In this document: in pieces, positions 46,854-58,238 of the stretch
Numbering within the stretch: the stretch's first letter is position 1
Layout: the number at the start of each line of letters is the position of its first letter
Source: Selaginella moellendorffii
Taxonomy: Eukaryota; Plantae; Lycopodiophyta
Length of the DNA stretch: 64,000 nucleotides
Reading direction: 5' to 3'
NCBI RefSeq assembly: GCF_000143415.4
Contig: NW_003314292.1
Location: 381,178-445,177 of the forward strand
Notes under the pieces: generated by a model
Seen by the model: the letters and a program-made list of their open reading frames with translations, nothing else
Told to the model about the DNA's origin: nothing
The model's database searches: none
Made by a program: the position numbers and the translations under genes

Positions 46854-49800
46854 CCTGAGAGGGTGAAAGCCCAAAGCGTTCGTCTCCCAGACCCTGGGGG
46901 GGTTTGGTGAGCCCCAAAAGTATAGTAGGGGGAGGACTGCAGTGGAGCCAGTTTGGCCAGGAAAGGCCAGTTTGGCCCAGGAAGGCCAGACCCAGTGTTG
47001 GGTGATGAGCTGCCCACTGGGAAGTCCAAGACTAGAGTGAACACAGACCGACAAGCGGGGTAGCTTGGTGAAGTGTTCAAGAGCCGGCTCTAGTTCCCCC
47101 GGGAGATCGACTGGCCGATGCTCCCAGTCCAAGTGTGGGTGGCACTACCTACTTGGATACCAAGCGTGGCTCAATGGAACCTCGCTCTAAGCCCATGGCT
47201 AGAGCACCTAAAGGCGATAGGTGGGGAGAGTACCTAGGTGGCTCGCGTAAGGCCACGGTGTTCCGAAATGTTGTCCCAAAGGCCCAGACTGTGGAAAGGA
47301 AGAGGAGCAGTCCTCTGGGGTAGTGACCAAGGACACAGTCATGTGGTGAGGAAGTCCCAGAGGACCGTGGGACTTAGTGGTCGGGCCTGTGGGCCTCGAT
47401 CCAGTGGCAGTGTTGGCAAACACGGCCAGGGGCAGAAAGGGACTTGGTAGGAACTGACAAAGGGACTTTGGGGAAGGCAACTCCCCAGGTCTGTGGGCAT
47501 CCTAAGGATGCTAAGGAGTGGATCTAGGATGACCACTCGTGGACACATGGCCCAGTCTTGGAGAGACGAGGTGGTGATGCAAGTGGTGTTGAACCACTAG
47601 TGCAGCAAAGGTGAATGGGCATGGCTTTAGCGTAACGGGCCGAGATGTCAGTGGTACCTTTGGGTGTCGGTCTCAGGACTGGACACGTGGAGCACTTGGA
47701 CCAGGTGCAAGTGTGGAGTGGCATGGATGCCATTCTTGGGACTAGCAAGTCCCAAGTCCTGAATTGGACTGATGGAGGTTGTGAATGAGACTCCTCCAAG
47801 TGGTCGGAGGTGTGGTTAAGTGACTAAAGTAGAATGGAAAATTTAGTCGCTTACACTTGGTTGAGGATAATGATGTCCAACTTAGTTATTTGAAGTTGAA
47901 ATGTTAAATACTTATACTTGTCTAAGAAAGTTGTGTACCAATATGAGTTCATTGCATGGTCTTCATTTTAGTGGCAATTAACTATTAATCATGCATAGTT
48001 AGCCTCTTTAAGGCATGCTTAGAGTTATTGGTTAAATGTGTTAGTGAGCTTATTGTGGTTCAATTTGATTCGAGTGGTCCTTTAATTCATGTTTGTCCAT
48101 GTTTTTATATCTTATATCTAGGATATTACTCTCATGATGGACAAATATATGACTTGATGACATGAGTTTAGTGTTTGGGTCTTGTGAAAGGCAAGTTGAA
48201 AAGTGATTGTTAGTTGTTTTGCGATTAATGATTGCTTGTAGACTTCGTCGAGGACTATTAACACTTGCTTCACTTGATAATAATTTAGCAATGATAAACT
48301 TGCTTTACCGGATAGTGTTGTGTGGAGGATCATGTTGTTAAACTTATATGGTTCTCTATTTTGGCATATCGATTCTACCTCTATCAATATCATTTAGTTA
48401 CGTTTAGTTTATAGAGTTAAATTACATTGAGTTTTAGATGTGGTGATTCACTCTTTGATAATATTTTATCTATATGATTAGTCTTGGGTACTGATTAAGG
48501 TATCTTTGACTTTGGATAACTTAGTTGCTAAAAAGCTTTAAATGGTGATTCATTTTGCTTTCTTCTAGCTTTATTTTGGTGTTGATAGCATTGAGATGAT
48601 GCTTTGTTGTTAACATTGTTAATGTTGAAATTTAAGTGAAATGAGATGTCTCTACATAGGATTGATATTGAATTTAAATAGTCTTGATGCAAATAATATT
48701 GATAATTTAGCTGTAGCTTTGTGTTATTGGCATTTGTGCATTCGCTAGTTAACAACTATACTAGCATTTAAATAAATTGAAAGACAAGTTGAGTTAGTTA
48801 TGTTCTGGATAAGATTGTTTAGTACTTTAACTTTTCCTTGAAAAGTGATTCAATCATAGACTATACTAACTTTATAAGAGGAAGAGTTAGTGATCGATAT
48901 TAAAATGTTTGAATATTTATTGGATTTATGTATGATTTATGTATTAAAATGTATGAATATTTATATCGATCATTGATGATTCTTTTTATGCTTGTTATGA
49001 AGTGAGTTACATCTTACTATAAAAGATGGATTTATGGAGGATCGATTTGGTGGTCACTTGTTAACTATAACTTTATTATGTTTGGCTTTTAGATTGATGC
49101 AGAAATGCTCTTCATTAGCTTTGCATTATGAAGTTTAGTTTATAAATGTGTTGAATGGTTATTGTGGGTTGTACCATGATTTCTTCTTTAGCATTAAAGT
49201 TAGTTCATATGAAACTCATGATCATTGTTAAGCGGATGGTGAATTCTATGTTTTCCAACTATAGTGATTTTAGTGGTTTCGATACTCTAATATTAGTTTA
49301 TCAAATGATAACTTACTTAGAATACTTTTGTGTTTTAATCTAAGATTTATTCACTAATACTTAAGTCTCTAAAATATCATTGTCTTTAACTTTGATATTG
49401 TCTATCTCTTGATCTTTGGGTTTTGGCTAATACAGGCAAACTTGCTTTGGCACTTTGTATATATGGTGAAATCTTTAGTCATGGGGTAACTACTGTCGAC
49501 TAATCATATCACCTGCTTCTCTCTTGATATTCCTTATTTTGTTTAAAAAAGATATGACTGTGTAAACAACTCTAACTACCTCTAAACCTATGAGGGTTAA
49601 GGCCTCTAGCTTCTCTCTTTATACCACTTGCAGATAAAGGCTATCATCTTTTATAAGTTAGGTGACACCTAGAGTAGCAAGGGTGGTTAACTCCAGTAGT
49701 CATTTCCTTGTTAGTGATGACCGAAAGGTGTATGAGTGTAGCATATTTGCATTAGATAGAGAAATTACCCTAACTCATTTGGTTCATTTCTCACAAAGTG

Positions 49801-49895
49801 TGAACATCATGAATTTTTTCTGGAGTTGTTTCTTTGGCAATGTTCTAGACTAAAATATGTATCAACAAGGATGTCGATCTTCCCTAAGGGGAGAG

Positions 49896-50715
49896 TGTCA
49901 CAAATATGATTGCAAGTATCAAAAGTTATCTATTGGCTAGTCTTTTCGGATATTCTTTCTATACTACCACAATGGCAGGAAGTTAGTATTGCTGGGTCCT
50001 TTATCAATCTTCACTTAAGCTAGTTGAGAAATTGGTCATCATGTATGTACTTATATCGGATAAACATAAAATAGGGACTTTTATATGTTTCTTGTGAAGT
50101 ATACTTGGCTCAGTATGAGAAACTCATATGTTAGCTTGCACTTGCTAATGTTGGGAACCCCTGTGATATTGAGTTTAGTCCCTTAATATTCACTAGATGA
50201 TAACTTACCATATCTACTAAACACTCTCGCTATCATGTATTTAATTCCCCAATTGCGTGTTTAGATTTGCTAATTTGGTATATTTATAGAATGTAATTTT
50301 GTGTCCAAATTTGCAATCTAATGCCATTCTATATTTAGCTTTTTGCAAGGGCAAAGGGCCTATGGGGGGGTTCCAAATCTATTATAGAGGTAGATTGGGT
50401 ATGGCTGACCAAATTAAGGCATAGTCTAGTTCTTATGTGTGTTTGTCTTTATTTTACGTCCAACGTGGGTCTAAGCCCAAGTTCCACACCATGTTAATTG
50501 GTGGAGTACATATATCCTCATAGTATGCTGAAATAGCATAAAACCCCATTTGGCTCTGTTTTGGATGCTATTCCTAACATTAGATATGTTAAATACTCTA
50601 AAATTGTTTCAAGTCACTCTATGCTTTTATCCTTTTGCTTCTTGGTAAGTTCCATTTTATGGTTATCCTATAGTAAATCATCATAGGATAAAAGGTGAAA
50701 ACTATATATACTACA
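49896..50715 (+). repeat. Degenerate family X 3' LTR preceded by a PPT
   Basis: AAGGGGAGAG|TGTCAC start; ...TACTACA end. Confidence 0.65.
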
Positions 50716-50992
50716 ACGAAAGTTCCCAATAGTAGTAAGTGTAAGCCAACATATGAGTTTCTCATACTAGGCCTAATATACTTAGAAAGAAATATATAAG
50801 AGTTCCTGTTTATCTAGCATAAATACATATATGATGATTGATTTCTCAACTAGCTTGGATGGAGATTGATATAAAGTTCAACAATACCAACCTCCTATTG
50901 TCGTGGCAATAAGGAATGAATATTTGAAATAACTCGTTAACATGTTATTTTCAATACCCACAGTTATATTTACTATATGGATATGAGACCCC

Positions 50993-51402
50993 TCTAATAC
51001 CAAATGTAAGCTCCTGAATTTAAATTTCCCAGAAGGTCATCTAACTGAATACTACTCCCATAGACACTTAATCCCAAATATCCCAAGACCTTTAACCAAT
51101 TGGAAAAAGGGGTGCATACTTATTTATGGGCTTTTTTCTTTTATATTTGAATTTTTGTTTTTTAAGTTATTCTCTTTTATTTCTTATATGCACCATATGT
51201 TGAGATTAACATCTGGTAGGTCTAGTTCTAGGTCAATGGGGCTCTTGGGAAAGCTTCCATTCATAAGGGTATAAATTTGCAAGGAAGCGTGTAATGGATT
51301 GTAAGCAATCAAAGAGAACGACTCAATAAATGATTCATAAAGATTTAAATATAAAAGGAAAGAGCTTATTAATAAGAATGTATCCATTTTTTCAATCAGT
51401 TA
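50993..51402. mobile_element. Two degenerate Cassandra-like TRIM fragments (minus LTR 51005-51188 with PBS; plus PPT + partial LTR from 51300)
   Basis: Homology to 16048-16640. Confidence 0.7.
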
Positions 51403-51939
51403 AAGGAGTAATAACAAAGTTCTCTAGAAAGAATTGAGCATTATAACCCATAGTAAGCCTAGATAAAAATGGTTTAGCACTTTATCATTATCCATCCCAT
51501 GATTCATTACTTGTAAGATTATTATAACCAATATCCATTGAAATGACTCTTGATTGCATGATGTGAATACAAGCAATAAAATCATACTTTGTTATAAATC
51601 ATTTTTTGAAGAAAAAAAGATGATTTATATATTTGATCCTTTATTTTTGATACCTTAAGTTGCTAATATACCTCACTCATAAGCCCAAGCACAAACTCAT
51701 GTAAATGGTACATCATAAATTCATTATATAAACGCAAACAAAAGCTCATACAATATAGTATAAAATTGTAGAAACCAAAATCTATACCTAGGAACACATG
51801 TAAAACCATAACACCTAAATATATACCCACTTGGATCATCATTTCCATCTCTATATATGCAATGAAACTAGTTATCCAATCTTATTAGATAATACTAGCT
51901 AAAATATATCTTCTAATACCAAATGTAACACATATAAAT

Positions 51940-52884
51940 CCAAACTTCATTTGTTCCAAGTCATATTCCACCATCAAGTTGATACATCCCTATGACATTC
52001 AGGTTCAGTGCTTATTGCTTGTACCAGCTGAGTGTAGAAATCAGATGTCAAGTAGCTCAGAAAGGTGGTGTCAATGACTGTTCCACCAGTTCCATTGGAA
52101 AGAAATCCCTGAATTGGAACTTGAAACTTATAGAAATGGTAAGTATAGCTTGGCTGCTTGTGGGTTTGTGATCATGGGGGTGTAGGCCATGGACGAAGAA
52201 ATAGGTCCCAATTACAAGCTTTCCAAGGGCAAACAGTAGATAAACTTGCTCCTCCAACGGGCTCAATTGCCCCATGAATGACACGTTACTCTTCTCAAAA
52301 CCCACAAAACCAGACGTGTGGAGGAGTTCAAGCAGCCCCCCACTGTCGCGGCCACAACCCAAAGGACAAAATTGACCGCCACCTTTGTTTTCGTACGGAA
52401 TCCATTGTTCTGACCAAGTCACCGGCAGAGGAGAAGTTAGTGCCGTACGATGTGTTGTAGGATGGTCCACAGCTCGTAGAAACGGCACTGAATGCCGAGC
52501 ACGATGGAGAACCGCATGGAAGCTTGGTGTGAGAAGTTGACAAACCTGGCTGGAAGAGAGATGCGGTGGTGCAACTGATTGCACAGGACGAGGAGCATGC
52601 CACCCAAGAAAACCCGTAATCCACCGCGAGAGTGAAGTTGAGCGGCTGAGGCGGAGTTCCCAGGCTGAGATCCATGGCGAAGTTGAGTGCACCATCGAGA
52701 AAGAAGTTGGCTTCCAAGGCTTGGCTGCTTTTTCGAGAAGAGGGCAAAAACAGGCTAGTGTTGACAATTGGCGTCCTGTTGGCCTGGAAGAGACCAACAC
52801 AACGGGAATCCTTGCACGCTGTCCTTGAATGCATCCTGCAAAAGTTACCAACAAGAGCGCAATTGCTACACAAGATCTCCTCAT
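51940..52884 (-). pseudogene. A1-family (nepenthesin/TAXI-like) aspartic protease-like pseudogene, 3'-truncated
   Basis: Signal peptide MRRSCVAIALL, LSLGTPPQ, FSWVAC, LGCGRDS, GTGGTVID; frameshifts and deletions; abuts the TE island. Confidence 0.8.
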
Positions 52885-52998
52885 TTGGAAGCAAATTGCA
52901 AAGGCGAAGGAGCTATATATCTCGAGTTTACAATCAACATATGTTGACGCGGTTTTGTTCAGTAAAATTGATAAGATAAAGTTTTGAAGGTGTCTTAC

Positions 52999-54408
52999 TT
53001 AAACAAGCAGGAGAGGAAAAAAAGAGAACGCTTGAGTTGTAGAAGATTTCAACACGAAGACGTATGTAAAACCAGAAGAAGTGTCAAGGTTCATGCTGAC
53101 ATTACATCCTGCTGTTCCAAATCCAATCTCCTGCTTTTCCAGATCAAACTCCACTGCCACATCCAGCTGCTGGTAGGTTCCTATAACATTCAGTGAGAAC
53201 CCCACCTTCTGTGAGTTTCCAACAGCCAAGCACACAGTAGCATTTTCAGCATCATCATTTAGCAGAAACCATGTCCGAAATTCAACCTGTGTGCCATTCT
53301 CAAAGTAATAAGTCAGAGTTTGTGGTGGTGGTGTGTCACCATTTACAGAAACATTGTAGCAAATATCATTGCCGAGCAGGGTTGCAGTTTCGTTGCTCGA
53401 TACTTGAATAAGGTTGGAGTTGAGGTTTTGTATCGCTTGCACAAGAGGGGTGTAGGAATCTGGTGTGAAATAGCTGAATGCAAACATGGAATCAATGATC
53501 GTTCCTCCAGTTCCATCTGCAAGAATGCCTTACACCGGAAAAGTCAACGTATCGTTGATACTTATGGATCTCAAGCCGATGTAATACAACGCAGTGGAAT
53601 TTGGATTTACAGGAGTTCGATGATATCTTATAGTTGCCGAGCACGATTTTGCCGCTAAACGTATCAGATGGAACACAATAGATAAACTTGCTTGTATAGT
53701 CCATTTCTGCAAGCTGTCCAATGAATGACTTGTTTGTCTTTGCAAATCCCACCAGGCCTGATGTATTGAGAATTCCCAGCAATTTCGTGCTTTCTCGACC
53801 ACATCCAAGTGACATTCTGAGGCTCTTATTGCCTCTAGTTTTACGTGGAGTTTTCATCGTTACAATATCACTAGCCATCTCACCAGCTGAGGAGTATTTG
53901 GGGCTGTAAGAAACATTATATAAGCAAGTCGTTCTGAAGATCCGCAAGCGTTTGTGGAGAAATCTCTCGAGCAGAAAGAAGAGGTGCAAGGGATTCTAGT
54001 GTAAGATGTGGATAATACCGGTGAAAAGCGGGGTTCGTTTGTGGAAACATTGCAATCAACGCAAGGAGAGCACGCAGCCCAGAAGAATTCCGAGTTAAGT
54101 GCCATGGTCAAGTTGTGCTGCACAGGAGGAGTTCCCAAATTGAGATTCACGGCGAAGTTGAGGCCGTTATCTACATAGAAACTCGTCTCTAGGCCTTTGT
54201 CTCCTCCTCTCAAACTAAAGTCGGTGAAGTTGGCTAGAGTTCGTCTTTCCTTCCATATGATCGCGCCTCCCTTTTTTAGGGCAGGCAAGAACTTGCGCGC
54301 AATAGGAACAATCCCTGAGATAGCAGCAGTCTCGACGTGAGGACGACTAAACTCCCAAATGCACACAAGAGCCAGTAGGAAAAAAAGCACAGAGCAACGC
54401 CTCTCCAT
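52999..54408 (-). pseudogene. A1-family aspartic protease-like gene, frameshifted
   Basis: Signal peptide, LNLGTPP, LGCGRES, YYIGL.SISI, GTGGTIIDS, VIGTYQQ...VEFDL...IGF; frameshifts ~53935 and ~53615, TAA ~53530. Confidence 0.85.
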
Positions 54409-56542
54409 GGAGGATTGAGGCAAGATTGGGGAAAACTAGATTGAGAAACTCTTCAGGCAAGAGTGAGGCAAGGATAATTGACATATATTTGATGACATAT
54501 CTGACTCTTTCAATTAATACACGTAACAACAGTTTTCATAAACATCCTTTTTTGTAAAAGATAAGACCTCGGTTTAAGGGATTGATCTGGACACTTTAAA
54601 TTATTTCGGTTTACCTTTAACCAGTATAAAAACGGGCACAGCACCATGTCACAGAGAGACAAAAAAAATGGCTGGATTGTGTATCACAATTTCTGCTTCT
54701 GCAATTGCTTTGCATGAGTCTGAATCCATGTAATGCAAATTTAAAGATCCTTTTCATCTCCTTACTGTAATTGAGTAGAGCATAAGCTCCAATGAGAGCC
54801 GTGCAAAATCACCACAGTTCTCTCAGGCATTCTCTCTTGGGAATGTCCCATTTGATTTATCTCACTCAATCTGTTTTGCTTGCAAGTCTGAGCAAACTCC
54901 CAATCTCTTAAGTCTCATGTTTTTTTGCAAGAAATTTACATTTTGACCCATGCATTTTCTGAGAATATCACCTAAATGTTCTATCCCTTTGATTGAGTTT
55001 GGCTTTAGTATTAGGTTTTTTTTTTCATAAATTGCTAATGCATAAATTACATTCACTACTTTCATCTTTTGCCTTGGTGTTGAAATGGGCCAACACAGAG
55101 AAAGAAAGGCAAGCTCAAAAGATGCAAAAGTCTCAAATGCTATCTCGTGCAACAAATGGTCCTTTGGCCACTCTTTTGCCTGCGTTTGCATCATTTGGAG
55201 ACTTTTTATATTCAAATTTCAGCCCTTAGATTATAAAATCTTAGAAGAATATGTTACATTTGGCTCTTTTGTTTAAATATATGAGTATGATTCCCAAATC
55301 CACAATTTAAACACCTTATATTCCATGAAAAATATATTGCTAGTATAGAATATAATAATTTGAACATAAGAACTATATATAAATCCTACTGCATTAACTC
55401 AACAAAATGTGAAATGAAATTCATTTGAAACATCATACTCTTATTCTGAGTTTTCAGATATTGGTGTTTTAATACCAAATTTATGGTCATCCAAGATGGC
55501 CTTATGACGCTTGTAAAGTTTGCCTATCTTGAAATTTTAGCTAATAGCAATCATTTTGACCATGCAATAATAAAAAATATATAATGTATGCTTAGATATT
55601 GAGATGCCACATAATCTCTTGAGAGTTCTTTCCAACCTGTGAAAGTCTCCCATTGGTAATCTTCTGGGCAACACTTGGGCTGATCAAATTATTCTGGATG
55701 CCTAAGAAGCACCAATATCATACTCATCAGTTGGCTTTAACAACCCCTCCTCCATAGCTTTTGAAGCTTTGAGGGAGTCTTGTCAAGGCAACAGAAAACA
55801 GTTTACCAAAGAATTTGAAAAGATCTGTAAGAAGAGATCATACGGTGCCAGTTCTTGATGAATCTTGTCATTCATTTCTTCACTGCATACGGGTTGTGGA
55901 TGCTTGTCATACTTTAACCACCTCAATTAACTAAAGGATTCGGACAGTTTTGTTTCTTGGTGCCCATATTCTCATCAGGTAAGTTCCCCTATGCCTTTCA
56001 AAGTAAATTTGAATGTATGAAGTGATTCTATATGCTCTTTTTGGGTCACAAGAAAATGATTGCATACAGCTTGTTCGTTGGAGGCGTGAGTGCTATCTGT
56101 TCTACAATGAGCATGGATTGGAGGATGGTACTTCTACTGTGGGCGATCACCTTCTGTGGATTTCTCACACGGGTTTGTTTGACAAGTTCTATGCAGTTTT
56201 GGTGATGAGTAATTTACAGATTTACATTGCTTCTGGTGCATTTCTACATGTTAGAGTCTCCACTTGAATTCCTATAAGCTTGTGACAATCAGCTCCAACA
56301 TTCCAACTACTTGGGAATGGATATTGAGAGCTTGATGTGAAGCTGAGATTTCAAGAGATGCCTGACTTAATTATATTCTTACCTTTGGTTACTTTTAATC
56401 AAACTGATCAATGATTTTATTGACAAATATTTTTTTACAAAATAAAATATACAGCGTTGATTATATTTATAATTATTTTAAAAAATGTTTAGGGCCGTTT
56501 CAATTTCTTGGACCACCAAACACTAGCCAAGGAAAGAAGAAA

Positions 56543-58238
56543 ATGGCCACAGCCTTGCTACTGTTGCTGCTCCTACTCGGACCAAGTGAGGCAATCCCAG
56601 GTGAGCTTCATTTTTTAGGATCTAAAGTAGTCAAGATCTCTGGATCTAACATCATCCATGATCTTCCAAAGTTCACAATCATCGCTACCACTACTACCCA
56701 ATCGGCGTGAACTATGGTCAGCTTGGCAACAATCTCCCCGCGCCGCCCAAGTCCGTGGAGCTCATCCGGCAGCTCAAACTCGGGAGAGTCAAGATCTACG
56801 ATGCAAATCCTTCGATCCTCTCCGCCCTGGCGAACACGAGCGTCAAAGTGACGGTCATGGTGCCCAACCAGCAGATCCCGAGCGTAGCATCCAGCCAGAG
56901 CTTCGCGGACGAATGGGTCAAGTCCAACGTCACGGCGTACTACCCATTCACTAGAATCCGGACGGTTCTCATCGGGAACGAGATTCTCTCGGACTTTAGC
57001 ATCCGGCAATCCACATGGCCAAAACTCGTGCCGGCCATGAAGAACATCCACAGATCTCTTGCCAAGCTCGGGCTCCATCGCAAGATCAAAGTTAGCACTC
57101 CTCACGCCCTACTAGTTCTCCAGGGCTACGTCTTCCCTCCCTCCAATGGAACTTTCAGGGACGACATAGCCGAGCCCATTATCCGCCCCATGCTGGAGTT
57201 TCTGCACTCCACAAACTCGCCCTTCTTCGTGGACGCGTATCCCTTCTTCACCTGGGAGTTTAACCGCGCCACCGTTCCCATCGACTTTGCGCTCTTCAAT
57301 GGATCCGGAACTCCATACCGGGACCCCGGGAATGGCCTCGTCTACGACAATCTCCTCGACATCCAGCTCGACTCGATCACCGCCGCCATGGCCAAGCTCG
57401 GCCACGAGAGCGTGAAGCTCGGCTTGGCCGAGACCGGGTGGCCAACCAAGGGTGGAATCGACGAGCGAGGCGCCAACTTTTACAATGCCGCGCTCTACAA
57501 TCGCCGCCTGGCCAAGAAGCTCGCAACGAAGCCTCCTCTCGGCACTCCAAAGCGACCACACCAGCAAATCCCAGCTTTCATCTTCGCGCTCTTCAATGAG
57601 AATCTCAAACCCGGCCCGGTCACCGAGAGAAACTGGGGACTCTTTGCGATTGCAGACAATGGTTCCACCGCGATCCAAAAGTACGAGATCGATCTTACTG
57701 GCAGGCTTAGCGATGGTGACTACAAACCCATGGCATTGCCGCCACCCGAGCCTTTACCAGGTACTGCTAAGCTATGGTGCGTTGCTAACCAGAGTGCTTC
57801 GACTAGCCAGCTCCAGGGTGGCATAGATTTTGCTTGCGGCCCGGGTGGTGTCAATTGTAGCTCGATCACTGATCCCGGCCAACCTTGCTTCTTGCCAAAC
57901 ACCACAATCTCTCACGCCTCGATCGTTTTCAACGCGTACTACTTTTTCCAGAGGACGAACGGAGGGAGCTGTGTTTTCAACGGGGCTGCGTTTCTAACTT
58001 CCAGCGATCCAAGTAAGATCAAAGCTCTCCTTATTTTCTCTTTGAATGCTTTTCTTTTTTTCTTCTTTGTGTTCTTTTACTTCTGAGAGGTGTGCTCCAT
58101 GCTTGAGTGAAAGAGCTGCATTGAATTTTAAGTACATCGTAAAGGAATTACTGATGTTTGTCCTCGTGATTGATAACGATTGCATGTACTGCATTCTCAG
58201 GCTACGCATCATGCGAGTATGCTCCAACTATTATCTGA
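56543..58238 (+). CDS. Glucan endo-1,3-beta-glucosidase (GH17 + X8/CBM43), 3 exons: 56543-56600, 56672-58012, 58201-58238
   Basis: Signal peptide, IGVNYG..GNNLP, IGNE, AETGWP, FALFNEN.KPG...ERNWGLF, WCVA..X8 cysteines, DPS|YASC; canonical introns. Confidence 0.95.

Larger units (their letters stand above)
40290..47855 (+). mobile_element. Young non-autonomous LTR retroelement E (LARD-like)
   Basis: LTRs 40290-41912 and 45964-47855 near-identical outside the array, TSD CTTGG, PBS TGGTATCGGAGC 41916-41927, PPT 45951-45963; 4.05-kb interior without a long ORF; empty site at ~1636-1670. Confidence 0.9.
39290..48940. repeat. Decayed AT-rich repeat, copy 2 (host of the TRIM solo LTR and element E)
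   Basis: Colinear with 791-2984 once insertions are removed. Confidence 0.65.

Noticed and set aside
40245-47132. Long SD/RT/GL/ES-repeat ORFs on both strands
   Set aside because: Stop-free translations of the 6/12-bp LTR minisatellite, open in nearly all frames
48118-48393. PIF1/Helitron helicase relic (..GKA..LIVLDEV..)
   Set aside because: The motif is not retained in the homologous copy near 2250-2350 and no other helicase motifs were found
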